Assembly: GCA_964016885.1 (NCBI GenBank)
Contig: OZ024741.1
Coordinates: 202,864,001-202,928,000, forward strand
Origin: Eledone cirrhosa
Lineage: Eukaryota
DNA: 64,000 bases
Direction of reading: 5' to 3'
Shown: positions 1 through 12,330 of the stretch, one piece after another
How positions within the stretch are numbered: position 1 is the first letter of the stretch
Layout: the number at the start of each line of letters is the position of its first letter
Translations under genes and position numbers: made by a program
Notes under the pieces: generated by a model
The model's input: only the letters and a program-made list of their open reading frames with translations
Told to the model about the DNA's origin: nothing
Databases searched by the model: none

Positions 1-3
1 CGT

Positions 4-262
<259 letters not shown>

Positions 263-444
263 TATATATACAGGCAAAGACAGCACAGGCAATACATTAT
301 TGTGTACGTGTGATACTTTATATATATACTTTATATACATACATATATATATGTCAACATGAATGGACCTGTTATTTTTATCTAAAGACTTTTTTTTCCA
401 ATTCCAACCCGCCCGTCCCCTCAATCTATTTTATTTCTCATTCT

Positions 445-482
445 TTCTACTGATGAAGGACTAGCATCCGAAACGTTAAGAC
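445..482 (+). ncRNA. Degenerate minimal hammerhead ribozyme motif
   Basis: CTGATGA-A-GGA(ctagca)TCC-GAAA-CGTT with palindromic AACGTT; helix I pairs poorly. Confidence 0.4.
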
Positions 483-613
483 CCTCTTCCTGTTATATGA
501 AGCGTTAACCTAATATATCCCTTCCATATACTGTACCGATTCTGTCGTTATTTCTGTTTAGCTTTTACATACATACATCATACATACATACCTACATAGA
601 TATATACATATAC

Positions 614-672
<59 letters not shown>

Positions 673-725
673 AATGAAGTAATTCCGTCGGAAAAGTTCA
701 GGAAAAAAGAGTGCTCTATGTAGGT

Positions 726-772
726 AAAATTTTGCTTTCAATCATCAGAATGATGATTGAAAGCAAAATTTT
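726..772. repeat. Perfect 22-bp-arm hairpin
   Basis: AAAATTTTGCTTTCAATCATCA-gaa-TGATGATTGAAAGCAAAATTTT. Confidence 0.9.
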
Positions 773-831
773 TTGCTTTTAAGAAACCACTGGTAAATGG
801 AATAATCGCCTTATGTTGTTTATTACATAAC

Positions 832-834
<3 letters not shown>

Positions 835-915
<81 letters not shown>

Positions 916-960
916 GGAATACTATTGGCTTCTTTGCTCACAATAATTTCTATACTTTTC

Positions 961-1058
<98 letters not shown>
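835..1058. repeat. (TA)n microsatellites
   Basis: Long TA runs at about 835-912 and 965-1058. Confidence 0.97.
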
Positions 1059-1059
<1 letters not shown>

Positions 1060-1360
1060 CAAATATAAATTCAGCGAGAATCGTATTTCGGGTGGTAGAA
1101 AAAGCGAAACGAAACGCAAAATCGTAGAAATGCTGGCAAGCGCTCCAATAGTTAAGAAAACTAGAGCTAAACAATATGTTAAAACGCATATATATATATA
1201 TATATATAATAATAGTAATAATAATAAATATGAAGACCACATCCGAAGAAAGCTCGATAAGGATAAATATATATCAAATATATTTCAAATATACCATAGA
1301 GCAAACAGTTTCAGAAGATCCCTTTAAGGCTGGAGGCAACGATTCTGTTATTTTAATATA

Positions 1361-1440
1361 TACTAGCATAATGGCCCGGCGTTGCTCGGGATTTTCTCTA
1401 GGGTTCTTATATATTTGATATATATTTATCCTTATGGAGC
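1361..1440 (+). mobile_element. Helitron/Helentron-like non-autonomous element 5' end (second copy at about 5900-5990)
   Basis: TACTAGC-n-GGCCCGGCGTTGCTCGGG motif, repeated at about 5901-5930 with shared downstream sequence. Confidence 0.45.
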
Positions 1441-1501
1441 CTCGTGAAATAAATACGTTTGTTTATATTTTGTTACTGTGTATGCAAAAATATCTGTAGA
1501 C

Positions 1502-1535
<34 letters not shown>

Positions 1536-1809
1536 GTCGGGATGGTGTCTACATTTTGACTTATAAAAAAATTCGTCGTAGATTACCAGGGTTTTTTTCC
1601 GTGCGAAGAAAATCAATACTTTATCGCGAAATAAATACTTTTGTTTATATTTTGTTATTGTGTATGCAAAAATATCTGTACAAAAATATATATAATTATA
1701 TATATATATATAGTGGTGGAACACTGGAAGGTAATATCCGTAGTGGTAGAACACTCAGTCGAAGGGACGAGTTAGGTAGAATTAGTTACACAACAGTTAG
1801 TTCACCATA

Positions 1810-1849
1810 CCGAGAACAATTGTTTCACCTTCGCGGATCTTCGGCTCGG
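1810..1849 (-). ncRNA. Minimal type I hammerhead ribozyme (C4 variant) downstream of a Penelope ORF
   Basis: Minus strand: CCGAG CCGAAGA t CC gcgaa GG t GAAA CAATTG TT CTCGG; 5-bp helix I and palindromic helix III. Confidence 0.65.
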
Positions 1850-2022
1850 GATGTGTATGGTTATAGGAACAGGAAGGACAACCTGCATGCGCAGAAACTC
1901 AGTCACTTCACACAGGCAATACTAGACTGCGTGCGGGGGGTGTAAGGGAGATAACTGCGAAAGTCCGGAAAGTTTTTTGGTTGTAAATAAAATAAAAAAA
2001 TTAAAAATTAAATTACAAAGAA

Positions 2023-3060
2023 TCAGTCCAGAGCCTTGTAGTTATGCAATAGATGTTTGGTGACGTGTGGACAACGTGTGAAAAATTCACTTCTCGTGTT
2101 TAGGCAATCACTATTGCGTAATCTCTTTAGGATAGTTATTCTTTCGTCAATACATAAGCCACACGTCGGATTTCCCCTTGCGTATGGCTTGGACTTAGTG
2201 ATGGCTTTCCATTGAATGGAGTACCCTATACTTGAGTCCTTGAGGGACCATACGTTGCTCGCGAGTTTCGTGGATGAACGTCTGTCCGGGTATCTGAAGG
2301 TAGACTGGTGGTTCAGGAAACGCTCCTTGAATCGGCCCTCCGCCATGCCCACATAGGATTGACCTCCTGTGGTTAGTTTGGTCGGTTGGAAGTGACTACA
2401 GCTTCATAGATTACAGCTGGTGTGTTGCATTTTTGTTGATGGGGGCAAGATTCAGGCTTACGGCAAGAGCACCTTGGTGGGGTGTTGCTCCTAGGGCTGC
2501 TGGTGATGTGGACCTTCATGTTATTAGCGCAGGGGTATCCTAGTTTAACTTCGTGTCGGTTAAAGATGGAGCGCTATTTATGACCTATGAGGAAGTGTCT
2601 ATCTAAGAGGGCTAGACATTTTTTTTTCCTACATTGGTTTTAACGTTGAGTGAAAGGGAGGAGAGAACTAGATAGTTTGTATATTGATGCGCTTACTTTT
2701 CTTAATGGTGTTGTTGCTAGTAGGAGAGTAGGTGATAGGTTGTGAGAAGCCGCTGTTAGCCAACGCCGTGTTATAGTAGGGTGCCGCCCTGTCAAAGATA
2801 GCCTTATTAGAGGATAGGTTTGAGATTCTAGTACTGATATTCTTAACGAAGTTTCTAAAAACAGTGCGAGGGTGGCATGAGTCCTTGTGAATGTAATTAA
2901 GTTTCTCGTTTAGCTTATGGAAGGGTCTGTGGGTGTGTGTGCGAAGGTCTAAATTAATGTCTAAGAAATCTACGCTAGAGAGGTTGGTGGCTACTGTTAT
3001 CCTAAGGCCTAACTCATTGAAGGTAGAAGCTAAGTCTTTTTTAAACCGGTGGAGTCGTGA
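2023..3060 (-). mobile_element. Penelope-like element fragment (RT C-terminus plus GIY-YIG endonuclease), decayed
   Basis: ORF 2023..2352 (FKERFLNHQSTF...STKLASNVWSLKD...CGLCIDE...LNTRSE) typical of PLE GIY-YIG; upstream frameshifted FLDINLDL..PFHK..SCHP segment. Confidence 0.9.
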
Positions 3061-3093
3061 CTACTTTTATGGCTCGATAAAGGACACCTAAGA

Positions 3094-3225
3094 TGTAGGA
3101 CACCTCGGTTATTTTTCATTTTGTAAAAAAAACCTCACTTTCTAATATATATATGTATATATATATATATATATTAGAAAGTGAGTTTTTTTTTATTAAA
3201 TTAAAAATAACCGAGGTGTCCTACA
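3094..3225. repeat. Inverted repeat centred on a (TA)n tract
   Basis: TGTAGGACACCTCGGTTATTTTT...CTCACTTTCTAA(TA)nTTAGAAAGTGAG...AAAAATAACCGAGGTGTCCTACA. Confidence 0.85.
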
Positions 3226-3367
3226 CGAGTGAAAGTATAAAGAAAAAAAGATGAAATCGAAAATGCAACTGGAGTCTTATTTAAAAAAAATATATATTTA
3301 TTTGTTTCCTTTACCGGTTTCGCAGTTCTTCTGCTTTTCAAAGGTAGAGTTGAGATGGAGGGTCTGT

Positions 3368-3420
<53 letters not shown>

Positions 3421-3638
3421 TTTCTGAATTTGTTTAGCAAGATTCTTTATCTGAAATCGTGTGTTGAAACCGATATTGTTATACTTTGGGAGGGTCATGT
3501 TGCCAATAAGAAACACACGTACCAGTTGCTTTCACTTCAATTTATTATATATTTATAAATTTATAAATTTACAAATCTACAAACTTATAAATTTCTGGTT
3601 GGTTGGTTGGTTCCACAACCAGATAGTTGTTTATATAT

Positions 3639-3683
3639 AGTCATAGTCCTTTCGTCACACACTCTGTGACCTCTTCAGTGACT
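3639..3683 (-). ncRNA. Minimal type I hammerhead ribozyme in the 3' region of a Penelope element
   Basis: Minus strand: AGTCA CTGAAGA g GTCACA gagtg TGTGAC GAAA GGAC TA TGACT; perfect helices I and II. Confidence 0.75.
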
Positions 3684-3895
3684 GGGGATTCCTTTCTTTG
3701 TTTCTGTGCCTTTCCTTTCTTCTGTCCTACGCCATTTTGTTTCTGTGTGTGTGTTGTGTGCTCAGTTTGCGCATGCGCCACATCCGGGTGTCTGTGTGTG
3801 TTTGTGTTCATTTATCTATTTGTTTATTTATTTATTTATTTATTTATTGTTGGTTGGTTGTTTGTTCTATGTGTGTGTGTGTTTTCATTTTGTCC

Positions 3896-5270
3896 TTAAT
3901 TGTAAGTTGTGATGTTGCTGTTCCACTCATATTTTCTATTTAATTTTGGTTGTAATTCTTTTATGCTTACTGCCTCTGTAATTTGCCTAAACATTGCATC
4001 TTTTCTGTGTGTGGATTCTATTTTTATTTCTATGTTCTCTAATTTACCCCTGTGTTCTATCTTAGCATGTTGGTAGAGCACAGATGATTCTTTATTGTCT
4101 TGAAGGTCTCGCCAGTGTTCATTTATTCGTTCCCCTATACTACGAGCTGTCTCACCTATGTACACTATATTTTTGTTTCTACATTGTCCTTCAGTACATC
4201 TTATGCTATACACTACATTTCTAGTTTTACAGTTAATATGGGGGCTTATTTTACAGGTTATACATTTCTTATCTATAAATGAGGGTCTTTGGAACGGGTA
4301 TGTCTTGCTAATAAGTGTTTTTACGGAGGTACCTGGTCTTTCTACTATCTTAATATTGAGTTTATGTTTATTTAGGGCCCTTCTAAATTTGTAGGCTAGT
4401 TCGCCTCTAGGGGTTGTATTGATGAACATTACACTCTGGTATTTATTGCTATCATACCATGAGTTTATTCTATTGGCCTTGTTCCTAGTTCTTTCTATTC
4501 TATTCCAAAATTTGCTCCTATACAAGGGGCAGGTCCCATTTATGTCATTATTTACCATTTTTTCCCATTTGGTTCTGGCTCCTCTATACACTCTGATTCT
4601 ATCTCTCTGATTGTAGCCAGAGAACTGCATACGGTGGATGAAGTGTTGTATGTGTCTCTCTAGTTCTTCGGGGTTGCACATGCGGGACACATTTCTCATC
4701 ACCCGTACCAAATCCGCAATCAGTATGTTGATTTTGGTATGGTCCGAAATGGCCGAGTTTCGGTGGATCAGATGTTTGGAAGTCATGGGTTTGGCATAAT
4801 GGGAATGGAGGAAGTCATGGATTTGGCATAATGGGAACGGAGGATTTGTTTTTGGTTGTTAATGGTATCTAACCAGAGCTCTGTGTCTAGTACAGGTAAT
4901 CGATGGTTGGGGTGTCTACTTGGGTAGTCTATAGTAACTCTAATGCTCTGGTGGATGGAGTTTGCTATTTGCTGGATGCTTTCCATTGTGTTTTTCTCTA
5001 GTTCCTGACTGTTCTTTAGTGGGGGTGTCTTAACTACGATGTTTATATCATCTACGTAGCGGGAGTACATTATCAGGGTTAATTCTAATTGTTCTTTAAG
5101 TTTTTGTTTAAGTCTACTGTCCCACCATACCATGAATAAGTTAGCTATGTCGCCTGCAATGCTAACACCAATGGCTGCTCCTTCCTCTTGGGCATATGTT
5201 TTACCATTAATTTTGAACATATGTTCCTTAAGGGTTAATTTTATGCTGGCCCCTACCGCATGTGCAATAT
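3896..5270 (-). mobile_element. Penelope-like element (Neptune-like), RT plus GIY-YIG, 5' truncated and frameshifted
   Basis: ORF 4783..5220 has QEEGAAIG, YSRYVDD, LPVLD; ORF 3896..4786 has CxxC..C linker, NVVYSIRC..YIGETAR..ERINEH..RQITEA. Confidence 0.93.
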
Positions 5271-5558
5271 ATATATGTGCAATATATATATATTAAAATA
5301 ACAGATTAAAGCAAAGAATCGCTTCTTTCACCCATAACGGGATCTTCTGAAACTAAAATAAAAAAAATCAATCTGTGAACGCAGAAGTAAATATTTCGAA
5401 AAATGTTACACACTATATATATATATATATATACACACACACAGACACACACACACACATCTACGTCATAATGTCGTATTGCAGACACTCAGGCAAACAG
5501 ACAGATATTATAAGGGCGCAACGTTATATCTATGTATCTATCTAAAAAGAGAAAGACT

Positions 5559-5698
<140 letters not shown>

Positions 5699-5860
5699 AC
5701 TAAATCGCCTAATGCGGTCCCTAGGGCATTGAAAATTTGAATTTTTTTTTTGTTCAAAACACTCACAGGACTATAAGTATTACATGTGTAAAGTTGAAAA
5801 CAATCGGTTCGGTGGTTCTCGAATTTTAGGGATTTGGACAGACAGACAGACATTATCTGT
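5699..5860 (+). mobile_element. Possible Helitron-like non-autonomous element 3' part
   Basis: AAAACAATCGGTTCGGTGGTTCTCG followed by (GACA)n, resembling animal non-autonomous rolling-circle elements. Confidence 0.3.
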
Positions 5861-5871
5861 TATCCATTCTG

Positions 5872-5905
<34 letters not shown>

Positions 5906-6072
5906 CAAAATGGCCCGGCGTTGCTCGGGATTTGCTCTAGGGTTCTTATATATTTGATATATATTTACGGTATCCTTATCGATATCCTTATCTATTGTTT
6001 ATATTATGTTATTGTGTATGCAAAAATATCTGTACACGAATATATAATTATATATATATATATATATGTTAT

Positions 6073-8009
6073 TTGATGACCATCATCAATAACCAGAGAA
6101 TAGCTGAAGAGAGGTGGGCCATTGAGAAAATCAAACTCAACCCCAAAGTGTTCTTTTCATTTGCTAAAAAACACAAGGTCACCGTCTCCACTGTTGGCCC
6201 CCTAGTTGATGAAAATGGCACACTCCAGGACAATGCCAAAACCATGGGCGAGATACTGCAGACAATACTGCATTGTTTTCAGCAATCCTGATATGGCCGA
6301 TCTGGACTGTATCAGTGATGTTAATCCCCAACACACTATATCAGACATAACGTTTGGCGCCCCTGATGTCTTAGCGGCAATAAACGAAATTAAACACAAT
6401 TCAGCAGTAGGCCCTGACAGGTTCCCTGCATGTGTCCTGAAGGTTTGTCGACACCAACTTGCATCTCCTCTTGCTAATCTGTGGAGGAATTCACTGGATG
6501 CTGGCTATATTCCTGAAAACTTTCTGTTCCAGTCCGTTGTCCCAGTCTTCAAAAAGGGAAATAAGTCTCTTGCAGTGAACTACCGTCCGATCTCACTCAC
6601 TTCTCATATTATCAAGGTATTTGAGAGGGTGGTGAGATCACGAATAACCCCCTTTCTTGAAAGCAACGGCCTGCTGAACTCCAACCAACATGGGTTCCGT
6701 AATGGAAGGTACTGCCTAACGCAGCTCCTGCATCACTTTGACGATGTTTTGAGAGCCTTGGGAGAGGGCTCCAACACTGATGTCATCTACCTTGACTTCA
6801 GCAAGGCCTTAGACAGGGTTGATCATAAGATTCTACTGAAAAAACTATCCAATGTTGGTGCCTCTGGAAGGTTACTACAGTGGATCAAATGTTTCCTGAC
6901 AGGCAGAACCCAGCATGTTGTAGTCGAAGGAGTAAAATCAAACCCTGCCAAAGTCAGCAGTGGCGTCCCACAAGGCACTGTGTTGGGCCCACTTCTGATT
7001 CATCATCTACATAAATTACTTTACTGACATCATCAAGCACAGCAACATCAGAATCTTCGCAGACGATTCCAAGCTCCAAAGGGTCATCAATGAGGTGGGT
7101 GACCGAACTTGCCTTCAGTCAGACCCACTGGCTGTTATCCAATGGGCAGAAATGAATAATATGCTGTTGAATGAAGATAAATTTGAATTAATCCACTTTG
7201 GAAAAAAGGATGCCCTGAAACTACCATACTCTCTTCCTTCAGGTGAAACTCTAGTGGCATCCAATAACATTAGAGACCTGGGAGTAATTGTGGACAACAC
7301 ATAAGCTGGGCCACTCTTATAAACAGAAAAGTTGATATGGCCCGCAGAATGTGTTCCTCGATTCTTAGAACTTTCCTGTCGAGAGATATCCACACTGTTA
7401 TCCTTCTCTTCTCCACTTTTTCCCGACCCCACCGTGAATACTGTTGTCTACTGTGGTCACCCCACACGAAACAAAGTATCATGAAAGTTGAAACACCCCA
7501 AAGGTCAATTACAAAAAAGATAGATGTCATGACAGGCCTTGACTATTGGAGTCGATTAGAAAAGCTCAAACTTTATTCTCTCCAACGTCGCCGTGAGCGC
7601 TACATTATCTGTATGATGTGGAAAATATTCCATCAGATTTGCCCAAATGATGTTGGCATCACCTTTAGTGTACACCCAAGGCTTGGGCCCTGTGCTATCC
7701 GCCCACAACAAAAATCTCACTCGCATCACATAACAACAATACGACACCCTCAATTGGCCCTGCACTCTTTAACATTACACCAAGACACATCAAAGCAGAG
7801 ACAGACCCCATCAAGTTCAAGAAGTATTTGTATAAATTCCTTCAAGAAATCCCGGATAAGCCTCCTACACCCGGATATGCCTCCGTAAACAATAACTCTC
7901 TGCTCGAGTGGGCCATGGTGCCCAAACACTGATTTGCCAGGTGGTGCTATTAAGTTAGACTTGGCCTGGGCCAATACTGGCCGAAACCTATCAAAGTTAT
8001 CAAAGTTAT
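6073..8009 (+). mobile_element. CR1-clade LINE, 5' truncated, frameshifted RT
   Basis: ORFs 6206..7027 and 7337..7888 carry NYRPISLTS, QHGFR, YLDFSKA, SGVPQGTVLGP, FADD near 7055, YSLQRRRER; 3' tail TATCAAAGT x2 then (TA)n. Confidence 0.93.
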
Positions 8010-8032
8010 ATATATATATATTGGCTGGTTCA

Positions 8033-9120
8033 ACAACCTGAATAAACAACCTGAATAAGAAAAACAAACAAACATTTATTCAATTTGACATTGCCAGCTA
8101 CTATTCTTCTATTTCGCCTTCACTTCTCAACAATCTTTCGCATTTAAATATTCTGACATCACCACAGATGAACTTCACATCATTCTCACCGCAAGAAAAA
8201 CCATCTTAGAATTCAACAATGAATACTGGACTAGAACCGATACTTCCAACAACTTTGATATCACAATGGGTGCTTCCGATTCATCGCAATTGACTGATTT
8301 GATTGGTATTTTTATTTTGAATTCTTTAAATCGGAAAATTCCTCAACTTGGCGGTGGAATTTATCGTGACGATGGACTTTTTACTATCTTAAATTGCAAC
8401 TTAGATAACCTTAATATTATTAAGAACAATATACGTGATCTCTTTAAGCAACATAACCTTAAAATTTAATTTGATAACAACGTCAAACTAGCTAACTTCT
8501 TGGATATATCCCTTAATCTTGACACTGGCCTATATTACGCTTACCCTAAAAACAATGAGAATCTAAATTATGTTAATTTTAAATCTAACCACCCCACTAA
8601 CATTAAAAATGATATAGTCAGTAATATTGGAAAAATAATATCAAACCTATCCTCTAATAAAAAATATCTTCGATGCTAACGCCAATTACTATAATAATGC
8701 GCTTTCTAAAGCCGGTTATCCTGATAAAATTAAATACAGTAAAGAAATCAATCCTAGAAGGTCTTACAGTAAAATAATTAATTATGATCATTCCATTAAC
8801 TTAAATAAAAGACCTAGATACAAAAATATAATCTGGTATAATGCTCCTTTCTCTATTTCTATTAATAATAATATTCCTAAACTATTCTTTAAGGCCTTAG
8901 ATAAATGCTTCCCTCCCTCACATATCTATAGTAAAATCTTTAACAAACATACAATAACATTTTATTATTCCACCTCCTCCAACATCTCTAACATTATCTC
9001 TAAACACAACAATAAAATATTAAATATTAAATCACATCCTTCCAACACTAAGCGTCATAATAATAGCAGTAGTACTCCAGACGTCATTGTTAACTCTAGG
9101 CTAGATTCTGTAAACTCAAA
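8033..9120 (+). mobile_element. Penelope-like element RT fragment, decayed
   Basis: FIQFDIASYYSSI, FDITMGASDS, GGIYRDDG, NFLDI, SNHP, IWYNAPFS motifs; GIY-YIG part absent. Confidence 0.9.
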
Positions 9121-9193
9121 TACGACGGCAACCGCTCTGTATAATCAGTTCCTGATTATTTACTAGAATTCTATAAGAACCAAACATCCACAA

Positions 9194-9284
9194 TTTCAGC
9201 AAACAGGAGGAGTAGTTGGATTTGATAAGCATCAATAAATGCGAAACAAGGCCTTGTCAGCTTTATCTTCCCTGTTTGCTGAAA
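9194..9284 (+). ncRNA. Type I hammerhead ribozyme, U3-A8 variant (copy 1, one helix I mismatch)
   Basis: GGAT TTGATAA GCAT caataa ATGC GAAA CAAGGCCTTG TC AGCT, enclosed by the 14-bp stem TTTCAGCAAACAGG/CCTGTTTGCTGAAA. Confidence 0.7.
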
Positions 9285-9514
9285 ATTAAAGTAAGTGAGT
9301 CTGTCACTACTCTAAAACGATAGATTAAGGTCTTCGAAATGCTTTTAATTAAGTATACAGTGTATTGCAAAATACACTATATATACATTCATATATATAT
9401 ATAGCTATTTCAGAGCACCAATTCTAATTTTCAATTTCTGCTTGACCGGCAACCGCTCTGTATAATCAGTTCCTGATTATTTACTAGAATTCTATAAGAA
9501 CCAAACATCCACGA

Positions 9515-9605
9515 TTTCAGCAAACAGGAGGAGTAGTTGGCTTTGATAAGCATCAATAAATGCGAAACAAGGCCTTGTCAGCTTTATCTCCCCTGTTTGC
9601 TGAAA
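9515..9605 (+). ncRNA. Type I hammerhead ribozyme, U3-A8 variant (copy 2, intact)
   Basis: GGCT TTGATAA GCAT caataa ATGC GAAA CAAGGCCTTG TC AGCT; predicted GUC cleavage after 9579; extended helix I. Confidence 0.8.
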
Positions 9606-9708
9606 ATTAAAGTAAGTGAGTCTGTCACTACTCTAAAACAATAGCATAAGGTCTTCGAAATGCTTTAATTTAAGCATACAGTGTATTGCAAAATACAGTA
9701 TATATACA

Positions 9709-9795
<87 letters not shown>

Positions 9796-9991
9796 GTAGG
9801 AGGTGAGTTTTATTGTAGCACAATAATATGTTGATTTAAAACTGCACTATCCACAAGTGTTTTTTAGCCTTCATATCATGTCCTCCTGTTTTATCTGATG
9901 AAAACACAAATATTATTGCATGATGATGTTTGTTTTTGAAATGCGCATAATAAAATACATGGAACTCCTTTAACCATCTTTTGATCTTATA

Positions 9992-10073
<82 letters not shown>

Positions 10074-10397
10074 TTAGTTAAGCAAATCAAGACCACACAT
10101 TTCACAAGGAAGACATTATTAAAAGATTGTCAAAATATTATAGTTTGATGTAAGGAATGTAGAGAATAATAATAATAATATTAATAATAATTGTTTCTAT
10201 TTTAGGCACAAGGCCAGCAATTACCTAGTACATTACTGGTATTTTATTTTATCGACCCCGTAAGGATGAAAGGCAACAGTTTACAATTGTTTCGCTACTC
10301 AATATAATATATCTGGATCAAATGCCTATATATCCTTATTGATCTGGTTCAGTTGAAAATAATTAACATATTTAAAGACATATAATATTTCTAGATC

Positions 10398-10515
10398 AGG
10401 AAAATGTTCAAGACTCCGACGGCAGAGATCAAGCCGTTTCGACGGTTATTTCTGTGTTCAGAAATAGCCGTCGAAACAGCTTGAACTCTGCCGTCGGGGT
10501 CTTGAACATTTTCCT
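10398..10515. repeat. About 57-bp-arm hairpin; right arm continues as an element with an inverted copy at about 13025-13166
   Basis: AGGAAAATGTTCAAGAC...TATTTCTG-tgtt-CAGAAATA...GTCTTGAACATTTTCCT; 10459-10600 is the diverged reverse complement of 13025-13166. Confidence 0.85.
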
Positions 10516-10593
10516 ATTACCCACTCTACTACCCTAAATATTGATTACTCTGGTGCGTTATGGTCCATCTGGTTCCTTACCACACTTCCTTCG

Positions 10594-11110
<517 letters not shown>

Positions 11111-12034
11111 CACACGTGTGTGTTTTGCTTGTCAGATTATTATCCATATTTAAAGTTGTCTTCATTTCAAATAAACATAGTATAGGTTGGGTACATTTCT
11201 AACAAATGATTGGATTCCGTTTGGCATTAATATTCCGTTACTACACAGTAGAGCAACCACGGTTTTATACCTGTGTCTTTCATCATCGCCATTATTTCGG
11301 GCTTCTAGCAGACCCAGTTATCACTAATAGGGATGCTAGTGGTGCTGGCAGACATCAACAAGTCATTACCGCCATGGCAATGACACGATTTCTTGGAGGT
11401 TTTTCTCTGCCAAAAGTGATTGACAGTATCTATAATTACAATAACTCAAATATCTCAACTGATAGTCATTTCTACACAGCCTAGTATTGCACTTGTATAC
11501 GCACATATATGTTTTTTCACAGTAATACCATTACCGAATTACCACAAGCAATTATATACACATTTACTGAAAATACTGATTGTTGTTGGTCTCTTGACGT
11601 TTCTATAAGAGATGGAATGTAAAGTTTTCTTGATAATCTGAAAAATTCGTTGAAACGAGAAACTCATTTAGACTAGAAAATGACATTTTTACATTTAACT
11701 CGACTTGCTCATTGGGTATAACTATATAACTATAGAGAAATCTTGCCGTATACAATATATAGAAGGAAAGGAGCTGGTCGCCAGATCGGACCAAGGAAAC
11801 TATGTTTCTGTAGATCTTTCCATTGCCGATACTATCTATCGATCTAATATAACTTAAATATAAATCTTTAAAGGATGCGATCGTCAGGTAGGACGAAGGA
11901 AACTATGTTTCCATTAGTCTTTCCATTGTTGATACAATCTGCCGGTTGTAACTCCTGGCAGAAGGAGGCGGCGTGAAATAAATTGCTTTGACCAGGAACA
12001 CCGCGCACCACCTAGTCAAGGAATCATACTTAGT

Positions 12035-12330
12035 CTGAAGTCCGTAAGCCAGAAGACTCGTTAGGCGCTTATCCCGGATTCATGGCGTGAAGCGACTGAG
12101 AGTAAAGTACTCTCCCCTGGACAGGACGCAAGTCCATCGCAGGGTTAAACCCCCAAGTATTGCTGGTACCCATTTTCAGTTAAGTATACTGGAGCAACGT
12201 GAAATGAAGTGTTTTGCTCAAGAACACAATACGCACCCTAGTCCAGGAATCGAACCCATGATATTATTATCGTAACACCTCTAGCACTAGGTGACGCGCT
12301 TCGACACACTAGACCATGTGCCTTCACCCA
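12035..12330 (-). mobile_element. tRNA-derived CORE-like SINE (close copy at about 40270-40548)
   Basis: Minus-strand tRNA-like head with GTTCGATTCC B box then GTGTTCTTGAGCAAAACACTT; shared tail with the 40270 copy. Confidence 0.75.

Larger units (their letters stand above)
9126..9712 (+). repeat. Tandem 321-bp repeat (about 1.8 copies), hammerhead-bearing pseudo-LTR/retrozyme-like unit
   Basis: CGGCAACCGCTCTG starts at 9126 and 9447; near-identical units; related copy at 23495-23935. Confidence 0.9.

Noticed and set aside
11270-11410. Exon-like segment on minus strand (ttttggcag...cag/gtataa)
   Set aside because: All three frames contain stops; could only be non-coding and has no further support
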